Shown: positions 18,509-28,283, numbered from the stretch's first letter. The stretch: DNA of 64,000 bases from an uncultured Verrucomicrobiae bacterium (GCA_963806855.1 CAWDYW010000001.1:480001-544000), one strand, 5' to 3'. Program-made: numbers and translations. The notes: a model not told the origin generated them from the letters alone.

Positions 18509-19842
18509 ATCCAAAATGCTGTTTGCCTTGCAGCCTGATTCACAAACATCTCTTCACCATACACGATCTGACAATTCCGTTTTGCAGCCTCTTGCAGGAA
18601 GAGGGTTTCTCTGGGTGTATAGACCACATCCATCGTGACAGTGCCCGGCTGGATTTTGGCAGGGTTGATTGGCAGGGGATCGGGTGAGCAGTTGATCAGC
18701 ACATCATACTGCTTGGGCACCTCATCCAAGCCACCCGCTGCGTAGCCAAGTGCGACAGCCCTTTCAACGGTTCGATTCAAGACCACAACCTCAGCGCCGC
18801 GCTGCTTGGCCTCAAAGGCAATCGCCCGGGCAGCCCCGCCAGCACCGAGCAGCACCACCCTTTTGCCCCGGACCAGTCCCTTTTGTTCAATTGCGTCGAG
18901 AGCCCCATGACCATCGGTATTAGTCCCGAATATGCGTCCCTCTTTGAAAAGGAGAGTGTTGATGGCGCCAATTGGCTCGCAGCTCGGATCAATTTCGTCG
19001 ATGAAGGGGATGATCTTCTCCTTGAGCGGAATCGTGACGCTGAGCCCCCGGATGCCGATCGCTTTTGCCAGAGGAATGAACTCCTCAAGCTCTTCTGGCT
19101 TGACGACCATTTTGACATAGACCGCATTGAGATTGCGCTTGCGAAAGACCCCATTGTGATAACGGTAACCCGGACTCTTGTCGACCGGATCGCCAATCAG
19201 TCCGTAGATCGCCGTATTTTCATTCAGCGAAGCGTAATTGTACACATCGAGCATATCGGAAAGAGTCAGCTGCCCCGGTCCTGTCTTCTCATCGGCATTT
19301 GCACAGGCATAATTGACACGATTGCCCACAATAGGGCCGAGCACCCGAGCAAATTCTCCATGCTCTCCCATGCAAATGACACTGACTTTCGGATGGTTTT
19401 TGCTGAAGAGAAGCATACGCAGCGCATCATTTGTCGACTTGGGCATTGTCGCAATTTTGTAAGTGAAGGGCTCATACTCCTCAATAAATCCATATCCCGC
19501 GCCGTCAAAGTTGTGATAGGAGAGGATGAATTTGGTCTTCGAGTACTTGCTCAGTACCCTCCGCAAAAATTCGGGCCGCATATCGACCTCAAGATCAAAG
19601 AAGGGCGGCCCCAATGCTAAAAGCCGTTCGATGAGCACTTCTCGCTCCACTTCAGTACCCTGGAATTTTCCACCATGCGCGGCCTTGCGTAAAGTGAGGA
19701 CAACTGGGCGAGTGCTTTGCTGTAGATAGCGCTTGATCGCCTCCGGGTCGATGTGTGAGAAGAAATCGAGGCGCAGCTCAACACCATGCCGTTCATCGGC
19801 ACCCATTTGCTCGGGCTGTCTGATCATCGAACAAAAAAGCAT
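18505..19842 (-). CDS. aroDE: Bifunctional type I dehydroquinate dehydratase / shikimate dehydrogenase
   Basis: VELRLD, LSYHNF, GPGQL (AroD); GLIGDPV..S, SVTIPLKE, GAINTL, NTDG, LGAGGAA (AroE); start placed at MLFCSM. Confidence 0.93.
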   Translation of the reverse strand: MLFCSMIRQPEQMGADERHGVELRLDFFSHIDPEAIKRYLQQSTRPVVLTLRKAAHGGKFQGTEVEREVLIERLLALGPPFFDLEVDMRPEFLRRVLSKYSKTKFILSYHNFDGAGYGFIEEYEPFTYKIATMPKSTNDALRMLLFSKNHPKVSVICMGEHGEFARVLGPIVGNRVNYACANADEKTGPGQLTLSDMLDVYNYASLNENTAIYGLIGDPVDKSPGYRYHNGVFRKRNLNAVYVKMVVKPEELEEFIPLAKAIGIRGLSVTIPLKEKIIPFIDEIDPSCEPIGAINTLLFKEGRIFGTNTDGHGALDAIEQKGLVRGKRVVLLGAGGAARAIAFEAKQRGAEVVVLNRTVERAVALGYAAGGLDEVPKQYDVLINCSPDPLPINPAKIQPGTVTMDVVYTPRETLFLQEAAKRNCQIVYGEEMFVNQAARQTAFWI

Positions 19843-19950
19843 CCTTTCTTTATACATGGAATGGAGGGATTGCATCCATATTAATTTTTTAATTTTCTTT
19901 GTATTTGTTGCATTGCTATAATCCGCCGTCAAATTTTGAGGGGTATTGTT

Positions 19951-22011
19951 ATGGCGCTTCCACCAATATTATTATTTGAAACGCATGCTGATCCAACCGC
20001 GAAGCGAGTAGCATATGAACTGCTTCCGAAGTTGAAAAAGGTTGGCTATAAAGTCCTATGTGTTGAAATGCCTCATAATTTTACCAGTGAAGAAATAATT
20101 GAACATGTGAAAATTGGTGTTGCACAAAGCGAAGAATCACAATCCGTTATTAAAAAAGTGGCTTCGATGATGGGAATTTCAGAAAGCGCATTAAGCCAGA
20201 AAACAGAGATTGGTATTAATGAGCTATTGATGAAGTTTTTACCAGCTCCATCAGATCAAGAAGATCATTCTAGCAACATAGCTAATAGATTCTGCCGATT
20301 GGAAGCTGAGAAAGAAATGCTCAAGATATTAAATTTAGCAAAACAACACGGGTTTTTAATAAAGGGGATAGATAGTGAGCCCAAGGTCCTAGAAAAGCGC
20401 AAGCCAGTCAAAGATCTCCGATCTGCAAAACTTATTGATGTGGTTAGAGAGCAAACGATGTCCGGTCATATAGAAAGTTTAAGGCAAAAAGGGGTAATCT
20501 ATATCTGTGGCGCTCTTCATGCTGCTAGTTTAATTTCTAAATGCAAAGACACTCATTATTTTTATCCACGATCAACAAAGTGGCAGCCTATAGAAGATGA
20601 GGAAAATAAGAAGTGCGGTTACACAGAGACTGATTTCTTAAAAGACCCTTCCCAGGTCTTATCTGAAAGGGATATCCCCTCTTTTGCGGATAGAATAGTC
20701 ACCCACATTACAACTGGAAGATATCTAAAAGAGTACCCAGAAGGTAATAGTCAATCTAAACATCTCGCAAAGGTATTCAATGCCGTTTTTAAAGTCTTTA
20801 TGCGGTCGGGATTCTATGCCGACGCATTAGTAGAGAGGGCAACGACTCCAAATATTGCGGACATCGAAATTAAACTAAAAGCGAGCAATATTGAAACGGG
20901 CACTGCTTCACTGAATGGCAAAGAGTATCTAGTCATTCCTAATATCAATGAAAAAGCTGTCGCTGATCGGATCATGAGCCTACAATCTGTCTCGCTTCCA
21001 CCAATATTATTATTTGAAGCACATACAGATCCAACCGGGAAACAAGTTGCTCATGAACTCCTCCCGAAGTTGAAAAAGGTTGGCTATGAAGTGCTCTGTG
21101 TTGAACTGTCTCAAGATTTAAATAGTGCACAAATAATTGAATATGTGAAGGAGATGGTCGAAGAATGTGAAGTATCGCAATCAATTGTTAAAATGTGTGC
21201 TGAGATGATGGAAATTTCAGAAAGCGCATTAAGCCAAAAAACGGCGTTAGGTGTTGCCAAGTTATTGAAGAGGTGTCTACCTGTTCAGCAACATCCGGAA
21301 TTTAATCATATGAGTACGGCTATTAGATTCCGTCGATTAGAAGCTGATAAAGAAATGCTGCAGCTATTGAATTTAGCGCAGCGATGTGGGTTTATAATAA
21401 AAGGGATTGATAGAGAAATAGAATTTCTAAAAAAATACAATTATACAAAAGACCCTGAGCTTGTAAAACTGCTTCATGAGGATAGAGAGCGAACGATGTC
21501 CGGTAATATAGAAAGTTTAAGACAAAGAGGGGTCATCTATATCTGCGGCGCTCTTCATGCTGCTAGTTTAATTCGGAAATGCGATGACATTCATTATTTT
21601 TACCCCCGTTCTAAAAAGTGGCAACCAATTGAGGACGAAGAAGATAAAATTATAGGTAACAATGAGAATGATTTCTTAAAAGACCCTTCCCAGGTATTAT
21701 CTCAAGGGGATATTCCCTCTTTTGCTGATAGAATAGTCACCCAGATTACGCGAAGAGAATTCCCCGAAGGTAATCCTCAATCTAACCACCTCGCAAAGGT
21801 ATTTAAAGCTATTTTTAAGGTCTTTTTGCGGCCAGGGTCGTATGCCGAAGCATTAGTAGAGAGAGCAACGACTCCAAATATTGCGGACATTGAAGCTAAA
21901 CTAAAAGCGAGCAATATTAAAACAGGCATTGATTCAATGAAGGGCAAGGAGTATCTAGTTATTCCTAATATCAATGTTAAAGATGTAGCTGATCGGATCA
22001 TGAGCCTATAA
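19951..22011 (+). CDS. Protein with two tandem ~345-aa repeats, TIKI/EreA/ChaN-superfamily-like
   Basis: Each repeat: LLFExH.DP..., VLCVE, IKGID, RE.TMS..I, GVIYICGALH. Confidence 0.7.
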   Translation: MALPPILLFETHADPTAKRVAYELLPKLKKVGYKVLCVEMPHNFTSEEIIEHVKIGVAQSEESQSVIKKVASMMGISESALSQKTEIGINELLMKFLPAPSDQEDHSSNIANRFCRLEAEKEMLKILNLAKQHGFLIKGIDSEPKVLEKRKPVKDLRSAKLIDVVREQTMSGHIESLRQKGVIYICGALHAASLISKCKDTHYFYPRSTKWQPIEDEENKKCGYTETDFLKDPSQVLSERDIPSFADRIVTHITTGRYLKEYPEGNSQSKHLAKVFNAVFKVFMRSGFYADALVERATTPNIADIEIKLKASNIETGTASLNGKEYLVIPNINEKAVADRIMSLQSVSLPPILLFEAHTDPTGKQVAHELLPKLKKVGYEVLCVELSQDLNSAQIIEYVKEMVEECEVSQSIVKMCAEMMEISESALSQKTALGVAKLLKRCLPVQQHPEFNHMSTAIRFRRLEADKEMLQLLNLAQRCGFIIKGIDREIEFLKKYNYTKDPELVKLLHEDRERTMSGNIESLRQRGVIYICGALHAASLIRKCDDIHYFYPRSKKWQPIEDEEDKIIGNNENDFLKDPSQVLSQGDIPSFADRIVTQITRREFPEGNPQSNHLAKVFKAIFKVFLRPGSYAEALVERATTPNIADIEAKLKASNIKTGIDSMKGKEYLVIPNINVKDVADRIMSL

Positions 22012-22029
22012 ATTTTGAGGAGTATTATA

Positions 22030-22794
22030 ATGGAGCTTCCACCAGTATTATTATTTGAAACACCCGGTGATCCAACGGCTAGGCAAGTTGCTGTTAAACT
22101 GCTTCCGAAATTGAAAGATGTTGGCTATGGAGTGCTATGTGTTGAAATGCCTGAAAATTTGACCGATGCACAAATAATTGAACATACGGAAGAGGATATT
22201 AGGCAAGGAGCAAAAGCACAATTTCTTGTTGAAGAAGCTGCTGCGGGGAATAGAGTTTCAGTAAGCGAATTAAACACAGAATATGCTGTGGAGTCGCTAT
22301 TGCAGAAATTTATAAATGAGTTACCTAATAAGAAAGGGGGCCATAGAATATTAGCTAATAAATTCTGCCAACTTGAAGCTAATAAAGAAATGCTAAAGGT
22401 ATTAGAGTTAGCAAAAAAATGCGGGTTTTTAATAAAGGGAATAGATAGTGATCCCAATGCTCTAGATAAAAGCGCTCCAAGCAAAAATCTCGGATCTGTA
22501 CAAGTTGTTCAGGATAGAGAGCAAACGATGTCCGACCATATAGAAAATTTAAGACAAAGAGGGGTAATCTATATCTGTAACGCTGACTGTGCTGTTAGTT
22601 TAATTAAGAAATGCAACGATATTTTTTATTTTTATCCCCGTGCAACGAAGGCGAAAATAAGTGAGCTAGAGGAAGATGGATGGGACTATCGAACTGAAGC
22701 CGAGGCCGTTATGGATCCTTCTGAATTACAGGTCATATCTGAGAAAGGAATCTCCTCATTTGCAGATAGAATAGTCACCAAGATTTTAGAATAG
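22030..22794 (+). CDS. Third, truncated paralog of the same repeat with the putative catalytic His residues lost
   Basis: LLFETPGDP and ICNADC replace ExH and GALH; ends overlapping the nuclease 3' end. Confidence 0.7.
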   Translation: MELPPVLLFETPGDPTARQVAVKLLPKLKDVGYGVLCVEMPENLTDAQIIEHTEEDIRQGAKAQFLVEEAAAGNRVSVSELNTEYAVESLLQKFINELPNKKGGHRILANKFCQLEANKEMLKVLELAKKCGFLIKGIDSDPNALDKSAPSKNLGSVQVVQDREQTMSDHIENLRQRGVIYICNADCAVSLIKKCNDIFYFYPRATKAKISELEEDGWDYRTEAEAVMDPSELQVISEKGISSFADRIVTKILE

Positions 22795-23584
22795 GCGTTC
22801 CTGCAATCTGCGTAAATAAGACCCCTGAAGCACTTTCGATCTCTTCGACGGGAGCTGAGAATTTCTTGAGTGGGGTTTGGGCGTCGATTGATTTGTTGGG
22901 CAGGATATAACCTTTTGAGAGCAGCTTGCCGGCGGAAGATTCGACGAAGAGGAGCATGAAAAAGTGGGTTGGGACGGCGACATTGTGGGGGCCGATCACT
23001 TCATATTTCACATAATTTCTCCCATCGCGCCCTTTGCTGCTTAGGTAGAGGGGGCCCGAGAAGATGTGGATGGTTTTGAACTGGCTCGCCAGCTCCCGCA
23101 CGTGCTGCTCGACCATTTTCCAGTAGCCACGGTTAAAGGCGGGAACTTGGGGGGCGATGTTGGAGAGGAAGAAGGAATTCTCGAGCGCGCGCTGGCTCTG
23201 GCAATCGGCTGCTGGACAGAGGTGGCCTCGGTCAAAGCCGGTCTGTTGATAATCGATCTTTGCAGCGCGGATGTGTTCGGGGAGGTCGGGGTCTTCTTTA
23301 AATTCACATTCGGCGCGCGATAATTTGTGGGGGAGGGTTTCTTGGGTGATTTTGTGGTAGACCCAGTGGGCGTTGCGGGTTTGGCCGTTGTAGGCGAGGG
23401 TGTAGCCATCTCGCGCTATGATGGGTGTGGTGGTGGGGAGATGGGTGGTAAAAAGCTCTTTGGTGGTGAATTGGACAGGGGAGAATTCTCGATCGATGGG
23501 GAGCCAGGCGAGCGCGGCGCCGATGACCAGTCCTAGAAAAAAAATCTGGAACTGCTTTGACTTCCCTGTCTTCTTCTTAGCCAT
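22775..23584 (-). CDS. DNA/RNA non-specific endonuclease (NucA/EndoG family) with N-terminal membrane anchor
   Basis: GFDRGHLCPAAD, SNIAPQ..FNRG.W..E, VAVPTHFF. Confidence 0.92.
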   Translation of the reverse strand: MAKKKTGKSKQFQIFFLGLVIGAALAWLPIDREFSPVQFTTKELFTTHLPTTTPIIARDGYTLAYNGQTRNAHWVYHKITQETLPHKLSRAECEFKEDPDLPEHIRAAKIDYQQTGFDRGHLCPAADCQSQRALENSFFLSNIAPQVPAFNRGYWKMVEQHVRELASQFKTIHIFSGPLYLSSKGRDGRNYVKYEVIGPHNVAVPTHFFMLLFVESSAGKLLSKGYILPNKSIDAQTPLKKFSAPVEEIESASGVLFTQIAGTPILKSW

Positions 23585-24575
23585 TAATTTTTTGGTGGAG
23601 GGCGCGCAGGAGCTCTTTTAGGCCTTGCTCTTCCTTGGCCGAAACTTCAAAGAGGGTAGAGGGGTCGAAGGGATACCGCTCTCTAAAGGATTTGACGTTG
23701 TTGGCAGCCCCATCTTTGTCGACTTTGTTGAGGACGACGAAGGAGGGCTTGTTGAGCATTTCGGAGTTATAGGCGCTCAGCTCTTTGCGCAAGATCTCAT
23801 AGTCGAGGAAGGGGTCGTGCTCTTCGTCATCGGGGGCGATGTCGAGGACGATGACGAGGGTCGAGGTTCGCTCGATGTGCTTGAGGAAGGAGATCCCAAG
23901 CCCTTTGTTGAGGTGGGCATTTTCGATGATCCCGGGGATGTCAGCGACGAGGATGCGGCTATAATCTTCAAACTGGACGAAGCTCAAATTGGGAGAGAGG
24001 GTGGTGAAGGGATAGGCGCCGATTTTGACCTGGGCGTGGGTGATTTTGGACATCAGGCTCGATTTGCCGGCATTGGGCATTCCGATGAGCCCCACATCGG
24101 CGATCATTTTGAGTTCAAGCTCGACCTCTTTTTCTTCTCCCTCGGTGCCTAGGGTGCAGGTGTTAGGGGCTCGATTGGTCGACGATTTAAAAGAGGCGTT
24201 TCCGCGGCCCCCTCTGCCACCGAGGCAAGCGGTCCATATGGGAGTTTCCGGAGTCAGGTCGTAGAGGACTTCGCCCGTTTCGGCATCTTTGACGATGGTG
24301 CCGCAAGGGACTTTGACGGTGAGAGATTCCCCTTTGCCGCCTTGCATGAGGTTGATGCCGCCCGCTTGGCCATTTTCGGCACGAAGGATGCGGCGTCTTG
24401 TAAAGACATCGAGGGAGTGGAGATCATTGGTGGCTTCGAAGATGATCGCGCCGCCGCGGCCGCCATTGCCGCCATAAGGGCCGCCTTTGGGCAAGCAGCT
24501 TTCGCGCCGCCAAGCGACGATGCCATTGCCCCCTTTACCAGCGATCAGTTTCACTTTAATGCGATCTACGAACAT
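23577..24575 (-). CDS. obgE: GTPase ObgE/CgtA
   Basis: MFVD..GKGGNG, GMPNAGKS, YPFTTL, DIPG, NKVD. Confidence 0.98.
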   Translation of the reverse strand: MFVDRIKVKLIAGKGGNGIVAWRRESCLPKGGPYGGNGGRGGAIIFEATNDLHSLDVFTRRRILRAENGQAGGINLMQGGKGESLTVKVPCGTIVKDAETGEVLYDLTPETPIWTACLGGRGGRGNASFKSSTNRAPNTCTLGTEGEEKEVELELKMIADVGLIGMPNAGKSSLMSKITHAQVKIGAYPFTTLSPNLSFVQFEDYSRILVADIPGIIENAHLNKGLGISFLKHIERTSTLVIVLDIAPDDEEHDPFLDYEILRKELSAYNSEMLNKPSFVVLNKVDKDGAANNVKSFRERYPFDPSTLFEVSAKEEQGLKELLRALHQKING

Positions 24576-24596
24576 TGGTTTTAGGGGCTCCTTGCT

Positions 24597-24848
24597 TTAT
24601 GCAGAGGGCAGCACAGATACGTATGTTCTATCCGCTTTACGATAGGAAACAACCCCATTGATAAGAGAGAATAGAGTATCGTCTCTGCCGATGCCGACGT
24701 TCTTTGCAGGTTTCCATTTTGTTCCGCGCTGACGGACCAAAATGCTGCCGATTGTAACTTGCTCGCCATGAGTCACTTTGACTCCGAGTCTTTTTGAATG
24801 GGAATCACGTCCGTTACGGGAAGATCCCTGTCCTTTCTTATGTGCCAT
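24597..24848 (-). CDS. rpmA: 50S ribosomal protein L27
   Basis: [22 protein letters not shown]. Confidence 0.99.
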   Translation of the reverse strand: MAHKKGQGSSRNGRDSHSKRLGVKVTHGEQVTIGSILVRQRGTKWKPAKNVGIGRDDTLFSLINGVVSYRKADRTYVSVLPSA

Positions 24849-24852
24849 GTCC

Positions 24853-25158
24853 CTATGCCTGTATTTCTGTGATTTTTACACGTAAATAGTTCTGTCTGTG
24901 ACCGACTTTACGACGGTAGTTGTGCCGTTTTTTGTATTTGAAATTGACGACTTTTGGCCCGCGCACTTCTTGAAGAAGTTCGCCCACAACGACACATCCT
25001 GCTACATGAGGAAGGCCCACTGTAGCAGAGCCATTGTTCAGGAAGAGTACATTCTTGAACTCGATTTTATCGCCTTCAATGTCAAGTAGCTCAACGTCAA
25101 TGACATCGCCTTTTTCCACACGGTACTGTTTGCCACCGGTCTCGATAATTGCGTACAT
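24853..25158 (-). CDS. rplU: 50S ribosomal protein L21
   Basis: [14 protein letters not shown]...GHRQ. Confidence 0.99.
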   Translation of the reverse strand: MYAIIETGGKQYRVEKGDVIDVELLDIEGDKIEFKNVLFLNNGSATVGLPHVAGCVVVGELLQEVRGPKVVNFKYKKRHNYRRKVGHRQNYLRVKITEIQA

Positions 25159-25320
25159 ATGATCTCCAATAGAAATTTCGATATTTCTCTGTTAAAGGCA
25201 GAATCATAAAGGAAAAGGGGAGAAGAGTCAAGGGGGATTTAAAAGTGCTCCTGACCGTGCCGGAAAAAATAGGCAGCGTCTTTAATATAAATAAGTTGTA
25301 ATTGCATCTAATTAATTTAA

Positions 25321-25349
25321 TTGTAAGATTAATTATATAATTATAGTAT
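25321..25349 (+). promoter_or_regulatory. Candidate sigma66/70-type promoter for the small basic ORFs
   Basis: TTGTAA-N17-TAGTAT in AT-rich intergenic DNA. Confidence 0.45.
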
Positions 25350-25386
25350 GAGTTTATCGATAGATAGTAATAAAAAGGATGTTTTT

Positions 25387-25518
25387 ATGCGAGGATCGTG
25401 GCCGTCTCATAAACGTAAAAAAAGCTCTAAGGTGACGAGTAAGTCACACCGAAAGCAAAAAACGAGGACTAAAGAAGAGGACTATAAGAAGTTCCTTAGA
25501 GAAAGATTTTTTACTTAA
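25387..25518 (+). CDS. Small basic protein 1 (43 aa; not in ORF track)
   Basis: AAGGA upstream; MRGSWPSHKRKKSSKVTSKSHRKQKTRTKEEDYKKFLRERFFT. Confidence 0.6.
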   Translation: MRGSWPSHKRKKSSKVTSKSHRKQKTRTKEEDYKKFLRERFFT

Positions 25519-25526
25519 GGGTTTCG

Positions 25527-25667
25527 ATGAAAAAGAAGAAAGAGGCCGAGAAAGCGAAAGAGTCGAAGAAAAAGGAGCGGTCCGCAAAGCAGCCCCCTAA
25601 GCAAGAGGGGAATAAGTGGCAGGAGTTTTTGCGACGTCACAGTACAGCTCAAGAAAAAAAAGAATAA
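25527..25667 (+). CDS. Small basic protein 2 (46 aa; not in ORF track)
   Basis: AAGGG upstream; MKKKKEAEKAKESKKKERSAKQPPKQEGNKWQEFLRRHSTAQEKKE. Confidence 0.6.
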   Translation: MKKKKEAEKAKESKKKERSAKQPPKQEGNKWQEFLRRHSTAQEKKE

Positions 25668-25689
25668 ATTCAATGTCTGGGAGGACAAC

Positions 25690-25797
25690 ATGGCAACAAA
25701 ATCTCATCGTAGAAAAACACACAGCAAAAAGAAAAAACCTGTTTCTAGAAAGAAACGTGGATTGAAAGGCTGGTGGGCAAGACTGACAGGTCTTTAA
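25690..25797 (+). CDS. Small basic protein 3 (35 aa; not in ORF track)
   Basis: Strong GGAGG SD; MATKSHRRKTHSKKKKPVSRKKRGLKGWWARLTGL; stop overlaps the znuB stop. Confidence 0.7.
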   Translation: MATKSHRRKTHSKKKKPVSRKKRGLKGWWARLTGL

Positions 25798-26624
25798 TTA
25801 ACCTTGTGCAACCGCAGTCTAAAGCTAATTAGGTAAAATAAGGTGGCGATCAAGGCGATGGTCGCCCCTGGTGGCCAATTGAGCTGGTAGGCTGCGGCTG
25901 TTCCAATAATAGAGAAAAGTGAGCCGATGATCACTGCTAGAATCATCATCGCGGTGAATCGTCGCGTCAAATTGGCGGCAATCGCGGCTGGTATCGCAAG
26001 CATGGCGATCACCAAAATCGCTCCGACCACTTGAATGAGCAGAACAACTGAGATCGCAACTAGGCAGAGCAGAAGTAGGTAGAAGAACTTTACCGATACT
26101 TTCTGCAGCTTAGCTTGTTGCTCGTCGAAGCAGATCGCCAAGAACTGGTGTCTGAAAAGGGCGACGATGACGATGACGATCAGATCGAGCACAAGCAGGG
26201 TGATCACATCGCCGCGGGTGACCCATAAAATATTCCCAAACAGATAGTGCATCAGCTCGACGTTGTAGCCGGGTGTGAGGGCGATGAAGATGACTCCGAG
26301 CGACATTCCGGTTGACCAGAGGGCGGCGATGACGGTGTCTTCTCGCTGCTGATATTCGAGATGAATCCAGCCGATTAGAAGGGCCGAGATAATGGCAGCG
26401 ACAATGGCCCCTTGGAGTGGGTTGATCCAGGCAATATCAAAGGTGCGATGCAGCCAGAGAAAAAAGCCCATTCCGCCTAGGATTGAGTGGGCGATGCTCC
26501 CGCTGATAAAGACGATTCTTTTGACTACGACAAATGAACCCATGATTCCGCCGGTGATGGAGCCCGCGATTCCGGCGAGGATGGCCATATAAAGAAAGCT
26601 GTGGGTCAAGATCGCTTCAATCAT
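25794..26624 (-). CDS. znuB: Zn/Mn ABC transporter permease
   Basis: GSIAHSILGG, YLFGNIL, QVVGAILV, PPGATI. Confidence 0.9.
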   Translation of the reverse strand: MIEAILTHSFLYMAILAGIAGSITGGIMGSFVVVKRIVFISGSIAHSILGGMGFFLWLHRTFDIAWINPLQGAIVAAIISALLIGWIHLEYQQREDTVIAALWSTGMSLGVIFIALTPGYNVELMHYLFGNILWVTRGDVITLLVLDLIVIVIVALFRHQFLAICFDEQQAKLQKVSVKFFYLLLLCLVAISVVLLIQVVGAILVIAMLAIPAAIAANLTRRFTAMMILAVIIGSLFSIIGTAAAYQLNWPPGATIALIATLFYLISFRLRLHKVN

Positions 26625-27309
26625 TTGTCTTCCTGAGTTTGGGGTGGTACAGGCCGAGGGCGAAATGTTGACAGATCTGTTCGGGAGAATAAGGGGTTAA
26701 ATGGCGGTCGATGCAGAAAAGCAGGTCCATCTCCTTAGCGATCGCTTGCAGGTCGTGGGTCACCATCAGAATGGTGATTTTGCGCTTTAGACTGATCAAG
26801 AATTGAAAAATTTCACTGAGCGCTTCGGGATCAATCCCAACTGTAGCCTCATCGAGCAAGAGGATCTCAGGCTCAGAGGCAAGGGCTCTTGCAATGAGGG
26901 TGCGCTGGATTTGTCCACCCGATAGGGTCCCAAATGGAGCGCGCGCTTTATCCTGTAGACCCACTTTTTCCAAAGCTTCATGAGCTCTCTTTTTCGCTTC
27001 AGCGGAGAAGCTCCCCCAGCCCCGATAATCGGCCAAGCAGCCTTGTAGGACTACTTCTAGAACAGAAATGGGAAATTGTCTGTCGAAGCGGCGCACCTGA
27101 GGGACATAGCCGATCTTGCCCTGGATTTCAAGACGGCCCGCTGTCGGTGTGAGCAGCCCCAGAATGAGCATGAGAAGGGTTGTTTTGCCTCCTCCATTTG
27201 GGCCAAAAATGCCGACAAACTTTCCCTTTTCGACTATAAAATCAATATCTTCGAGGACGGGAGTTTTCTTGTCGTAACTGAAACTGAGATGTTGAACCGA
27301 AATGGTCAT
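26617..27309 (-). CDS. znuC: Zn/Mn ABC transporter ATPase
   Basis: GPNGGGKTT, IGYVPQ, LSGGQ, LLLDE, VTHD. Confidence 0.9.
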   Translation of the reverse strand: MTISVQHLSFSYDKKTPVLEDIDFIVEKGKFVGIFGPNGGGKTTLLMLILGLLTPTAGRLEIQGKIGYVPQVRRFDRQFPISVLEVVLQGCLADYRGWGSFSAEAKKRAHEALEKVGLQDKARAPFGTLSGGQIQRTLIARALASEPEILLLDEATVGIDPEALSEIFQFLISLKRKITILMVTHDLQAIAKEMDLLFCIDRHLTPYSPEQICQHFALGLYHPKLRKTND

Positions 27310-28151
27310 CGCGCGATATACTCTGCAATTTTTCGCATGTTATTCAAATAGTCTTTAGCATATGGATCGATCCGATAAATATGCAAATGTAGTTTTGCGG
27401 CAAAGAATTGGGCCCCTTGATTGTTAAACCCTGTTTGAATGAGCACGCTGCGGACATGGTAGACATTTGCTAAACTTAAAATTTGCTCGACATCTTTGGG
27501 ACGAGGATCTTTTCCCTCGCACTCAACCGAGAGTTGCAGTAGGCCATAATCGCGGCAGAAGTATCCCAAAGAGGGATGAGAGATCAGGATCGCTTCTCCC
27601 TTGAAGGGGGTAAGCATGGCGCTTAGGTCTTGGTCGAGCTCTTTTAGGTCGGCGGCCAGAGCGTCAAAGTTCTTTTGATACAATTCTTTCTGCTCTGGGA
27701 AAAGCTCGATCAGAGTATTGGCGATCACTTGCGACTGCTGCAAGGCGATCTTCGGACTTGCCCAGGTATGCAAATCCTTCCCACCATGGTAGTGTCCACA
27801 GGAGGCCCGAATCAGATTTTCCTCATTGATGAGAGCTACGCCTTCTTGTAAGTTGACGATGCGCATCTTTTTGTTGCGCTCTTGGAAAGCTTTGACAATT
27901 TTTTGTTCAAAGGGTTCATCGATCCGGAACCAGACTTGTGCTTGACCGCTCACTTGGACAAGTTTTGGGCTCGGTTCATAGATGTGGACATTGCTTTCTG
28001 GGGGCACAAGTGTCTGAATGTGAACCGTTCCGCCGGCGATCCGCTCGGCAAAATAGGCATAAGGGGCAATCGTAACGAGCACGGTTGGTTTTTCTGGGGC
28101 GGCAAAAGCAAAAAGGGGAAATAAGAATAAAAATATGAGCTTTTTAATCAT
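27306..28151 (-). CDS. znuA: Zn/Mn ABC transporter substrate-binding protein
   Basis: Signal peptide, HIYEPSP, DLHTWASP, HPSLGYF. Confidence 0.9.
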   Translation of the reverse strand: MIKKLIFLFLFPLFAFAAPEKPTVLVTIAPYAYFAERIAGGTVHIQTLVPPESNVHIYEPSPKLVQVSGQAQVWFRIDEPFEQKIVKAFQERNKKMRIVNLQEGVALINEENLIRASCGHYHGGKDLHTWASPKIALQQSQVIANTLIELFPEQKELYQKNFDALAADLKELDQDLSAMLTPFKGEAILISHPSLGYFCRDYGLLQLSVECEGKDPRPKDVEQILSLANVYHVRSVLIQTGFNNQGAQFFAAKLHLHIYRIDPYAKDYLNNMRKIAEYIAR

Positions 28152-28196
28152 GGATCAAGGATACTACAACCGGCTTTATGTTGCTACATAACTATT

Positions 28197-28283
28197 GGAG
28201 GAGTGTCCGAGTGGCCGATGGAGCACGCTTGGAAAGCGTGTAAACGTGAAAGCGTTTCGTGGGTTCGAATCCCACCTCCTCCG
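28197..28283 (+). tRNA. tRNA-Ser(GGA)
   Basis: GGAGGAG/CTCCTCC acceptor; CACGC-TTGGAAA-GCGTG anticodon arm; long variable arm; GGTTCGAATCC. Confidence 0.96.
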
